A stretch of DNA of 33,759 nucleotides from Octopus bimaculoides (taxonomy: Eukaryota). Under the pieces are notes generated by a model that was given only the letters and a program-made list of their open reading frames with translations, was not told the DNA's origin and ran no database searches. Both the position numbers and the translations under genes were made by a program. Below are positions 10,850-20,025 of this stretch, piece by piece; within the stretch, counting starts at the first letter, position 1; each line of letters begins with the position of its first letter. The stretch spans positions 3,433,665 through 3,467,423 of the forward strand of contig NC_068985.1 in the NCBI RefSeq assembly GCF_001194135.2, given 5' to 3'.

Positions 10850-11240
10850 AAATTGGCAAGCTGCCAGGATCATTAGCACGCTACTCAGCGGCATTCCGTC
10901 CGCCTTTTATCCTGTCGAGTTCGATGAAATAAGTATCATTTAAATACTGGGATCGATGTAATCGACTTAATCCCTCCCACGAAACTGCTGGCCTTGTACC
11001 AAAATTGGAAACCAATAATATGTTAAGGGAAGACGGCCAGCTAGCAACCGGGGAAATGCTAAGCGGCACTTCACTCACCCGTCATTATGTTCTGAGTTCA
11101 AATCCCGCCGATATCGACTTTGCCTTTCATCCTTTCGATGCCGATAAAATAAGTACCAGTTGAGCGCTGGCGAGTCAATGTAATGGACTTACCTTTTCCC
11201 CCAAGCTTGCTGGCCTTGTGCCAAACTGGGAAACCAACAG
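10850..11240 (+). mobile_element. Two tandem SINE family A copies (about 10850-11015 and 11030-11240), tail variant ctggccttgtRccaaa
   Basis: Both carry the core and the same tail. The second copy is flanked by tatgttaagg (11019-11028, 11241-11250), a likely TSD. Confidence 0.85.
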
Positions 11241-12123
11241 TATGTTAAGGAGCGGTTGGAATTCGCTTGACATCTGCTTGCTTTCGGATATCCTATTGCA
11301 CAACACTTTGAACAAATACTTTCTCCCATTGTTTCAAGTAGCCTAAACTCTTGTCAACGAAATTTAGTAAATGGAAATTATCTGGAAGCCCATCGAAAGA
11401 GTTTTCCTTTTCCCCGTGTGTTATATTCAATCATTCGTCCGATTTAACACCACCACCACCACCAGCATACTCTATTCTGGTGTAATCATCAGCTAGTTTC
11501 CAGTCCGAATATAATTTCCATTCTCACCAACATCAGAGACAACGAAAAGAATAACGGGCATTGCACTTTTGGCTGAACCGTTAAATATCTAACCGATAAA
11601 ACGCTGGGATTTGCATTTACATAGCATGGACTCCTGAGCACATTTCATGAAAATGAGACTACCATGCACACATAAAAAAAAAATAGTTAAAATATCTTCT
11701 CAGTATATAATGGTGGCAAGTTTGAGTGACATGAGACCCCAACAAACGCCCATAAGTTAAATGCATCTATTTGGGCCACCATCGTGGCCTGTCGACCTGT
11801 GTCGAACGGCTACGATCGTGGCCCATCGCGCTTTATGTGTTAATTTCAAACAATCAAACGTTGAACGAAATCAATGTTCATGAATAAAAAAAGAAAAAAC
11901 ACTTTATAATAACGAAATTCAAACCAAGTAGATTAAGGCGTACATGAAATATATGCTGAAGGAAAGAATATTTCCGGGACAAAAGTTGTTATCTGTCGAG
12001 TAGACGAGAGGAAATCAGATTTCATTACAAGAGAGTAACACACTCAATTAAAAGTCTCAGTAAATAAAGAGGAGAGAATATACGACATAAAATTGAAAAT
12101 ATATTACAACAAAAGTTTTTTTT

Positions 12124-12303
12124 AAGATAGGCACAAGGCCTGAAATTTTGGGGAAGGAACTTAATCAATTGCATCGACCCTAGTGCTCATCTGGCACTGA
12201 TTTTGTCGACCCTGGAGGAATTTGAACTCAGAGCGTAACGGCAGACGAAATACCGCTAAACATTTCGCCCAATGTACCAATGATTCTTCCAGCTCGCCGC
12301 CTT
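12124..12303 (-). mobile_element. SINE family A, internal deletion
   Basis: ggcacaaggcctgaaattttgggg...gaatttgaactcag...ccagctcgccgcctt. Confidence 0.85.
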
Positions 12304-12330
12304 AGCAGCAATAATAATAATAATAATAAA

Positions 12331-12884
12331 TTGCCCGGATGCAGTACCAGGCAGTGGCTCTCATGGCTTCTGATCTTAATTGATTGGAAGTGTTATGTAC
12401 ATTGTTTTGTCTTGGTATAAAAAGATGGGCTACAGCAAATATTCTGGTTAATACCACAGATTTGCTTGTCAGTTGTTTGATCTTAACCAATTGAGCTTGT
12501 CCCTTGGTGGCTGACGATATATGCATCTCTGATCATGAGCAGAAGTAGTGGGGGAGCATCATAGCCATGTGTTGAGAGGAGTTCTTTGCGGTTTGAATAA
12601 TTCACCTCTGGAAACATGGGTGTTTTGCTCAACATCCTTAAACAACCCTTATTCAGGGACCTTTTGAACGGAATGGGCTACTCGACCTGAAGAAAATTCT
12701 AACTGGGCCCCACCTGCGAGGTCATGCGCTGTTTATCATGATATGAGATCACCATGTCATGCACATATGGTTGTGATGCATGTGCCTGATGTACTCTTAT
12801 CAGACGGGTAGTCATGATGGGTGTATTGGGTTTCGTATATTTTACCCCAGTGTCACTTTGATGGTATGCACTGCTCTCTCACTC
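12331..12884. mobile_element. Unclassified non-coding element of about 555 bp embedded in (AAT)n
   Basis: Higher-GC block bounded on both sides by (AAT)n runs (12310-12330, 12885-12915); no ORF, TIR or Pol III boxes seen. I recall it as a high-copy octopus repeat, unverified. Confidence 0.6.
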
Positions 12885-12916
<32 letters not shown>

Positions 12917-12917
<1 letters not shown>

Positions 12918-13037
12918 CTTTTCTAGTGGAAGCACAAGGCCTCATATTTGGGGGAAGGGACTGAGTCGATTACATCGACCCCAGTGCATAGACGATACTT
13001 ATTTGAAAGGATGAAAGGCAATCTCGACCTCGGCGGA
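12917..13037 (-). mobile_element. SINE family A, 3' half
   Basis: gcacaaggcctcatatttggggg...gtcgattacatcgacccc...gaaaggatgaaaggc...gacctcggcgg. Confidence 0.8.
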
Positions 13038-13052
13038 AAAAAAAAAAAAAAA

Positions 13053-13350
13053 ATCTCTCTTGAGTACGAAATAACCCGGCTATGGAAAATGAAGAGGGTG
13101 AAGATAGTGCCAATTATTGTTGGGTCCTTGGGATCAGTATCAGAAGGCATCAAGAGGAATATAAAGGAAATTGGAACAGTGTACCCGGTAGAACTGTTAC
13201 AGAAATGGTTTGCCTCCTTGGCACGGCCAGAATAATCAGGAAAATATTAGTTAGTTGAAAAGAACGGATAGCATGGTACCGTAGGTTGCAGGCAGCAAGC
13301 CCGCTATGCATGCAAGACTCCAAGAGTTCCAACAAAACCTAAGATAAAAA
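13053..13350 (+). mobile_element. R4/Dong-clade LINE, 5'-truncated 3' end (end of RLE domain plus 3' UTR)
   Basis: LEYEITRLWKMKRVKIVPIIVGSLG...VELLQK, then a frameshifted LGTARIIRKIL*, homologous to the C-terminus at 32900-33100. Confidence 0.85.
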
Positions 13351-13371
13351 GAAAAAAAAATTAGTTCAAAT

Positions 13372-14135
13372 CTAAGGACACTGGACTGGCAGAATCGTTA
13401 TAATGTTAGATAAATATACCTTGCGGTATTTCGCGTGGTTCTTTACATTCTGGGTTCAAATCACACCGAAGTCATGTTTGTTTTTCATCCTACTAAGATT
13501 GATAAAAAATACCAATCAAGCACTGGGGTATGTGATATCGACAAAGCCCACCCCCTCGCAAAATGCTGGCTTTGTAATCTACATTAAAAATGATTCGGAT
13601 CGAATACTGGCGGTATTTGTTTCGACTCTGTACATTCTGAGTTCGAATCCCAGGCTAAGGTCATCTTTGACCCCCCCCCCATCCTTTAAAGATCAATAAT
13701 CTTTTCTACTCTAGGCACAAAGCCTGAAATTTTGGGGGAGGCAGCCAGTCGTTAAATCGACCCCAGTACGCAACTGGTACTTAATTTATCGACCCCCGAA
13801 AGGATGAAAGGCAAAGTCGATCTCGGCGCAATTTGAACTCAGAACGTAAAGGCAGACGAAATACCGCGAAGCATTTCGCTCAGCGTGCTAACGCTTCTTA
13901 TTTTTTTATTGCCCAGAAGGGGCTGAACATAGAGGGGACAAACAAGGACAGACAAAGGGATTAAGTCGATTACATCGACCCCAGTGCGTAACTGGTACTT
14001 AATTCATCGATACAGAAAGGATGAAAGGCAAAGTCGACCTCGGCGGAATTTGAACTCAGAACGTAACAGCAGACGAAATACCAATTTCAATTTCTTTCTT
14101 ACCCACCGGGGGCTAAACAAAGAATGGGACAAAAC
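13372..14135. mobile_element. Cluster of family A SINEs: 13372-13595 (+), 13600-13690 (+, partial), 13697-13898 (-), 13900-14083 (-, alternative tail), 14085-14135 (- tail fragment)
   Basis: Repeated family A motifs. Confidence 0.85.
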
Positions 14136-14586
14136 AACTAATTGGGGTCAGTAACACGTTATGATATTACATAAATATGATATAAAAATTATATAAAATA
14201 TATAAGAATCGAATGAAATACACAATACGAATATGACACAAATGCAGCAACGGTCAGGTCACGCTCTGACCCCATAAGGCCCAATCTATCGCTGGTACTT
14301 CTTTCTATATATATAAATGCGTACATATACAAACATACATGCATGTATACATACATTCACACACACATTGTTCGTATATATTTTTTGAAGCAATCAATGT
14401 CTTACTGTTTATTGGGTTAATAAGTTATGTGTGGCCGAATGCTGCGTAAACAAGTTGTTAACCTTCATTTCAAACGTTTAACTTCTTGAAAACAGTGTAC
14501 AAATGGTGTTTGTTAAGAGTCGCTGTAAGCACACACAGACACACACACACACACAAGTTCCGTTGCAAGCCCCACCTCCAACAAGT

Positions 14587-14625
14587 ATTGCGATATATAA
14601 AAGAAGAACGTCAGAGAAACACTTG
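14587..14625 (+). promoter_or_regulatory. TATA-box core promoter, predicted TSS about 14621
   Basis: TATATAAAAG at 14594-14603, Inr-like CACTT about 27 nt downstream, then an ATG-free stretch ending at a GTGAGT donor (14702). Confidence 0.6.
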
Positions 14626-14701
14626 ACAGAACAGATTTGCCGAGGTTAAGCGAACATTAAACTGTAAAAAGTAAACAACGACTTTCCACTCGTTCCTTGC
14701 T
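14621..14701 (+). other. Predicted non-coding exon 1 of the NUPR1/p8-like gene
   Basis: Lies between the TATA box and donor GCT|GTGAGT; no ATG. The link to the 18245 acceptor is inferred. Confidence 0.5.
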
Positions 14702-14869
14702 GTGAGTATTTTTTTTTAAAACTTTCCTCTGCGAATTCGTTTTCCTCTGACTGATTCTTTCTCTCTATCTCTCTCATTCTCTTTCTCGCTCTCTCTCTCT
14801 TTCGCTTCACCAAAGTCAGACAGAATCTCAGTAATTACTTTCAGGTGTGACCAGCCTCAGTCGATTTAT

Positions 14870-15088
14870 TTTTTGTTTTATTTGTTTTAGTCATCGGGCT
14901 GCGGCCATGCTGGGGCACCGTCTTGACGGGTCGAGTCGAACAAATCGACTTTGTACTTAATTTTTAAGCCTGGTATTTATTCTGTCGATCTCTTTTGCTG
15001 AACCACTTGTTACGGGAATGTAAGAAAAACAAAAATCTCCACTGATTGTCAGGCAATGGTGGGGAACCAAAACAATACACACACACAC
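14870..15088 (-). mobile_element. SINE family C, 3' part
   Basis: ttgttttagtcat..gctgcggccatgctggggcaccg...gtcgaacaaatcgac...gctgaaccac..gttacggg. Confidence 0.8.
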
Positions 15089-15091
15089 TTT

Positions 15092-15325
15092 GGAACGGTG
15101 AGGTGGCAGAATCGTTAGCACGCCGGGCGAAATGCTTCGCGGTATTTCGTCTGCCGTGATGTTCAAACTCCACCGAGGTCGACTTTGCCTTTCATCCTTT
15201 CGGGGTCGATAAATAAAGTACTAGTTAGGCACTGGAGTCGATGTAATCGACTTAATCGCTTTGTTTGTCCTTGTTTGTCCCCTTTATGTTTAGCCCCCAG
15301 TGGGCAATAAAGAAATAAATATTTA
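15092..15325 (+). mobile_element. SINE family A with alternative tail (tgtttgtccttgtttgtcccc...gggcaataaagaaa)
   Basis: Consensus head and core; tail shared with 13900-13960 and 14085-14135. Confidence 0.9.
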
Positions 15326-15516
15326 GTAAAAGCAACTGAGTGACTCAAGGGCCGAGGGTTTCCTGCCTTAGCGCTTATTAAACCTATGTATGTATGTATG
15401 CATATATTTATATATATATATATGTGTGTATAAAAGGGGGGTGCACAATGAGTAATATTTACTGCATTTTTGACTTTGTGCGAAAGTATATTTTTCAAAA
15501 ACGTTCGCTCTCTTAC

Positions 15517-15638
15517 AAAAACTATATCTGCTGAGCAAATGGCCTTTTCTAAATGCATTAAAAATGCTGTAACACATTCAGAACACTGTTTTAGAAAATT
15601 ATCTCCGTTCTCTTTGAATACATAAAAGACAAGTTTTT
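15517..15638 (-). CDS. Predicted internal exon (phase 1 to 0) of an unidentified antisense gene: xKLVFYVFKENGDNFLKQCSECVTAFLMHLEKAICSADIVF
   Basis: Strong acceptor tcttatttttcccccag, donor gtaaga, only one open frame over 122 nt. The link to the upstream chain is unresolved. Confidence 0.55.
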
Positions 15639-16405
15639 CTGGGGGAAAAATAAGACAAAATAAGTTAAATTCGCTCCTTCAGTTCTCCAGAATTACATCT
15701 GAAAACAGATTCACACGTATCAGTGTCTATTCTTAGACATCAGAGAGATCAGAAAAGAGACAAAAATTTAAAATACTTTGGTCAAGTGAAAGAAGAGCAT
15801 GGGAAAAATGACATAAGAAATCAACGAAACTTGACTAAATATAAAACCACAACGTAAAATATTCTTTCTGGCTTCTTCACAATCTGCTGGAGTGGCTCCC
15901 TTTCCGATATATTTAGGTACCATGCAGTTAAAGTGAAGAAATTATTGAAATTTGTCATGACTCCTTTTACATCATTTTAGATGTTATTGTTTGAAGGTAG
16001 AACATTATCTAATTAGATATTAGAGTGGGAAAAACTTCACTTGGAATCCAACTGAGTAAAATAATTTTGATTGCTCAAGATCAAAAATTATTCAGATATT
16101 TTATAAGTAACCTCAATTACAATCGGGTCAAAGTTGAGGAAACATTTCTTAAAAAAACCCCAAAAGTCTCTATCACCCGATTGTTTCAAACTTTCTCAAC
16201 AACTATGCTGACCAATTTTGACTCCCAAATATAATGTAGCAATCCAAAATGATGATACATTACTTGCAATTTAATGAATTCAAACAAGTGCACACCCGTA
16301 TATATATATATTTATATATATATCCTGTTCAACCGCTGAAATATACAGGTCTTTTTCATTCTCTCTCTCTATTTACTCTTTGTCTTTTATTTTTCTATAA
16401 ATTTC

Positions 16406-16448
<43 letters not shown>

Positions 16449-16491
16449 TTGCAGCAAAATATGCCAGTTCTTCTAATTTATCACTATTTAC

Positions 16492-16565
16492 AGTTCTCAT
16501 CTTTTAAATTTATTGTACAAAATTGTTCAGCTAATTTGTAAGTTTGTCTAATTAGTCGCTTTTTT
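16492..16565 (-). CDS. Predicted exon (phase 2 to 1): KKRLIRQTYKLAEQFCTINLKDEN
   Basis: Acceptor ctaccttaaatacag, donor gtaaat; the only open frame matches the phase of the previous exon. Confidence 0.55.
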
Positions 16566-16787
16566 CTGTATTTAAGGTAGTAAATTAGCCAAATTCTACT
16601 TAAATAAGTATAGTGTTATTTGTAAACTATAATGAAATATTTCTTAATATTTTAATTTTAGCTGCAATATTTTAAGTAAAAAGTTTCTTCTTCTTTACTT
16701 TACTAGAAGTAATAGCTTGTCCTATACTTTTACAGGTGTAATAACTTGTCCTGTACTTTCCCAGCTTTATAATCTTAAGAATATTAC

Positions 16788-16836
16788 TTTTCATGCTCGC
16801 ATTTTTCCATGTAATCCATGATTTTTCCAGGCATTC
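16788..16836 (-). CDS. Predicted exon (phase 1 to 2): (G)MPGKIMDYMEKCEHE(K)
   Basis: Acceptor aattatcttataacag, donor gtaata; phase-compatible with both neighbours. Confidence 0.55.
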
Positions 16837-17078
16837 CTGTTATAAGATAATTAATAATGTGTCAATTAGTAATTTAAGATTTTAAATTGTAAAATGCTGA
16901 AAGATAATATTTCAATTTTTTTATGTTTAATTAAAATATATGTTGTGATTGAATTATTTGATATTACCCATCTACACCAAATTAATGACAGGGAATTTTA
17001 CCATCTTGTTGGTTGCACCATGGCTCACCAAAAGTTACAAACAACAAGACACCCAAAACCATCAGTTACCAGGCTCAC

Positions 17079-17130
17079 CTGAGGTAACATAGATTTTGAG
17101 TTGGGGATAATAACACTGACTGCTGCTAAT
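17079..17130 (-). CDS. Predicted exon (phase 0 to 1): ISSSQCYYPQLKIYVTS
   Basis: Strong donor CAG|gtgagc; weak acceptor gatctag, chosen because it bridges the phases. Confidence 0.45.
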
Positions 17131-17324
17131 CTAGATCTATCAATAATTTTTCAATACAGCAGTAATTATAAAAGCATATCGGATACACATAAGTTAAAAT
17201 TACCTACATCAGATTAATATAAATTTGATTTATGAAAAAAATCCCTTGTAATTAATTTTGAAATTTGAAAAGTAAATTTAGAATATAAGCACTTTTAACC
17301 AATGTCTTTTCTGGACAACCTTAC

Positions 17325-17405
17325 CACATGCCTTCCGCTCTGCCCGTAGAGATACAGAGCCAAAAATGACACTATTCCTGCCTCAATAAATTTAGATGCA
17401 CATAT
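17325..17405 (-). CDS. Predicted exon (phase 0 to 0): ICASKFIEAGIVSFLALYLYGQSGRHV
   Basis: Acceptor gttatatgcttcag, donor gtaagg, 81 nt, only frame 0 open; higher GC than flanks. Confidence 0.65.
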
Positions 17406-17597
17406 CTGAAGCATATAACACATTAATGAACTAACCTGATTAAATAATTAACTAAAAAGAAAAGGAAAGCAACTAAAAAGGAAAAGCATAAAGCAAGTTA
17501 ATTAAAGCTGAAAGAGAAAATTAACAATAAGAGTTACACTAATTCAACATTATATTAAAAATAACTTTATTAAATACTTAATTAGAAAAATAAAATA

Positions 17598-17700
17598 TAC
17601 GAAAAGTAAAGTCGACGTCGGTAGAATTTGAACTCAGAACGAAAATACAGACAAAATACCGCAAAGCATTATTATCAGGTGTGCTAACGTTTCTGCCAAA
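17598..17700 (-). mobile_element. SINE family A, head fragment
   Basis: aaagtcgacgtcggtagaatttgaactcagaacg...gtgctaacgtttctgcca. Confidence 0.8.
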
Positions 17701-17962
17701 TCATTGTATTATAATGTAAGCTTTCATTTTAGAAATATATTCTTATCTTAAGATTATAGCTTGGGGCGTTACTTACTTCCTCACTTACTAACAATAAATT
17801 TCATTACATTTTACCTCATAATTTTTCTACTAATTTTTGTTCAATGCGACTAACGATTATGAATTCCTCATGTATTTTTCTATTATTTAAGCCGCAGAAA
17901 AGTATACTTTTATTTTAAAGTAGAAAAAAATTATGTTAATTGAAGATGAATAGGTGTCTTAC

Positions 17963-18095
17963 TGCCCCCTTGAGGTCGCAGATATTTTGATGTAACTTTT
18001 TTTCTACTGGATCAAATCTCAAACTATTTATGCGAAAATGTAGCTGAGGAGGTGCACTCTTTAAAACAGCTAACAGTGTGCTATTTGGTTGAGAA
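17963..18095 (-). CDS. Predicted exon (phase 2 to 0): SQPNSTLLAVLKSAPPQLHFRINSLRFDPVEKKLHQNICDLKGA
   Basis: Acceptor ccactaattcag, donor gtaaga, 133 nt, single open frame. Confidence 0.65.
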
Positions 18096-18282
18096 CTGAA
18101 TTAGTGGTGAAGATTGGAAGCTGCTGCGATTGATGAAATTGTGGACTTGAGAATATATTCAACCACTACAGTGGTTGAATGATATCACATTTCGTTTTAA
18201 ACGGATTTAACGAATATAAATCTCTTTTATCTTTGTGTTTTCAGGCTATTAATTCTATCGGCGTCAAGAATCGGTAAAGTTG

Positions 18283-18504
18283 ATGATGACTGATTTCTTT
18301 GTGGCGAACTACATGGACGAATACGACGTAATGAGCATGTACCGTGACCAATACATCCATGTTGGCCACAGTGGTAAAGGTCGATCAAAGAAAGAAGCCA
18401 GAGAACATACCAACAGACATGATCCTAATGGCCATAACCGCAAAACCTTACAGAAACTCATGAATAACAGTTATAAGAACAGAGCACGATCGAATGCCAA
18501 GTAA
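18283..18504 (+). CDS. NUPR1: NUPR1/p8 family small nuclear stress protein (73 aa)
   Basis: MMTDFFVANYMDEYD...GHSGKGRSKKEAREHTNRHDPNGHNRKTLQKLMN matches the p8 signature (G.KGR.K.EA..NTNR.SP.GH.RK...KL.N). Strong acceptor tttatctttgtgttttcag at 18244; no upstream ATG in the exon. Confidence 0.88.
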   Translation: MMTDFFVANYMDEYDVMSMYRDQYIHVGHSGKGRSKKEAREHTNRHDPNGHNRKTLQKLMNNSYKNRARSNAK

Positions 18505-18765
18505 GTCTTATAGATTTCATTTAAATATCGATCTTTTTATTGCGAATCTGTTATGGAATTAACAATAATTGAAATAAGACATAACTGAAATAATTAGCTG
18601 CAGTTCTATGTAAGAAAAAGATAGCTATGGCTATATTCTAAAATATCTAAACTATAATATATGCAGTTATTTCACATGCTAAGAAAAATAGTACTTTAAT
18701 TCCCTTATACCACACCCTCCTGAATTAAAAGGGAGAGACACACTGGGCCTTGTACCAGGGCTTAC

Positions 18766-18842
18766 CACCTCTCCGCTTTCTCCCACCTTCCAAATGAACA
18801 CGGCTGAGGTTCCTTTGATAATAGGTTTACGTAAGGGCTGAC
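18766..18842 (-). CDS. Predicted exon (phase 0 to 2): VSPYVNLLSKEPQPCSFGRWEKAER(C)
   Basis: Acceptor tatttagctccag, donor gtaagc; the end phase matches exon 18095-17963. Confidence 0.55.
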
Positions 18843-18848
18843 CTGGAG

Positions 18849-19037
18849 CTAAATAAGACCAAGATATGTTTGGAAGGTACAGTAAGGAGGAGTAGGATCT
18901 TCTTTGACAGATTTTTTAAAGAGAATCCTCGACGGTGGAAGAGCAGCAATGACCACGATCTTTCTTAGTGCCACCATGGCCTTTGCAAGTGGCAGAAAGC
19001 AACCAAGATTATTTCTAACGAGTTTCGTTTCAAATTC
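18849..19037 (-). CDS. Predicted exon segment EFETKLVRNNLGCFLPLAKAMVALRKIVVIAALPPSRILFKKS..., in frame with the next exon but ending in TAG (18851-18849)
   Basis: Strong acceptor gattgttttcag; 62 open codons; no strong donor before the TAG. Confidence 0.45.
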   Translation of the reverse strand, partial: EFETKLVRNNLGCFLPLAKAMVALRKIVVIAALPPSRILFKKSVKEDPTPPYCTFQTYLGLI

Positions 19038-19745
19038 CTGAAAACAATCGGTAGATATTAAAGGAGTAAGACAAAAAAACAAAAACACTATTTATATAAA
19101 ANNNNNNNNNNNNNNNNNNNNNNNNNNNNNNNNNNNNNNNNNNNNNNNNNNNNNNNNNNNNNNNNNNNNNNNNNNNNNNNNNNNNNNNNNNNNNNNNNNN
19201 NNNNNNNNNNNNNNNNNNNNNNNNNNNNNNNNNNNNNNNNNNNNNNNNNNNNNNNNNNNNNNNNNNNNNNNNNNNNNNNNNNNNNNNNNNNNNNNNNNNN
19301 NNNNNNNNNNNNNNNNNNNNNNNNNNNNNNNNNNNNNNNNNNNNNNNNNNNNNNNNNNNNNNNNNNNNNNNNNNNNNNNNNNNNNNNNNNNNNNNNNNNN
19401 NNNNNNNNNNNNNNNNNNNNNNNNNNNNNNNNNNNNNNNNNNNNNNNNNNNNNNNNNNNNNNNNNNNNNNNNNNNNNNNNNNNNNNNNNNNNNNNNNNNN
19501 NNNNNNNNNNNNNNNNNNNNNNNNNNNNNNNNNNNNNNNNNNNNNNNNNNNNNNNNNNNNNNNNNNNNNNNNNNNNNNNNNNNNNNNNNNNNNNNNNNNN
19601 NNNNNNNNNNNNNNNNNNNNNNNNNNNNNNNNNNNNNNNNNNNNNNNNNNNNNNNNNNNNNNNNNNNNNNNNNNNNNNNNNNNNNNNNNNNNNNNNNNNN
19701 NNNNNNNNNAAAAGACTGATTTTAAAACCCTCGTTGATTATATAC

Positions 19746-19875
19746 GGTCGTGTTTCTCAAGTCTGGAATCAATTTTTCACCAGATCTCGGATATAGCATA
19801 TCCCTGAGTGTGAATTTTGTTCTAGCTGTGTTGGCCACACAAGAATATTGAACTAAAGTCACCGGATCACTGCTA
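19746..19875 (-). CDS. Tentative exon (phase 2 to 0): SSDPVTLVQYSCVANTARTKFTLRDMLYPRSGEKLIPDLRNTT
   Basis: Acceptor tttccag, donor gtatat, open frame, higher GC. The adjacent N gap hides intervening sequence. Confidence 0.35.
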
Positions 19876-20025
19876 CTGGAAACTGTTCCAAATCAGCTGA
19901 ACATTTGCGGATGGCTTCAGAAGAAATATTTTTTATATTTTTATAAAGAAAAATAAAGGAGTTTTGTTACAATTGTTATTCGCGTGTGTATTTATTTATT
20001 TATTTATTCATTCATTTATTTGAAG

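Noticed and set aside
15640-16340. Exons linking 16492 to 15638 (candidate starting at 16335, 11-nt microexon near 16030)
   Set aside because: The 16335 candidate is open only in the required phase but contains a TA run and has no good donor; the other solutions create stops. Left unresolved rather than called.
16709-16765. Duplicated acceptor-like 28-mer on +
   Set aside because: Simple tandem duplication; no exon follows.
18174-18189. 16-mer gttgaatgatatcaca shared with 31494-31509
   Set aside because: One match of this length is plausible by chance in 34 kb of AT-rich DNA; the flanks do not align.
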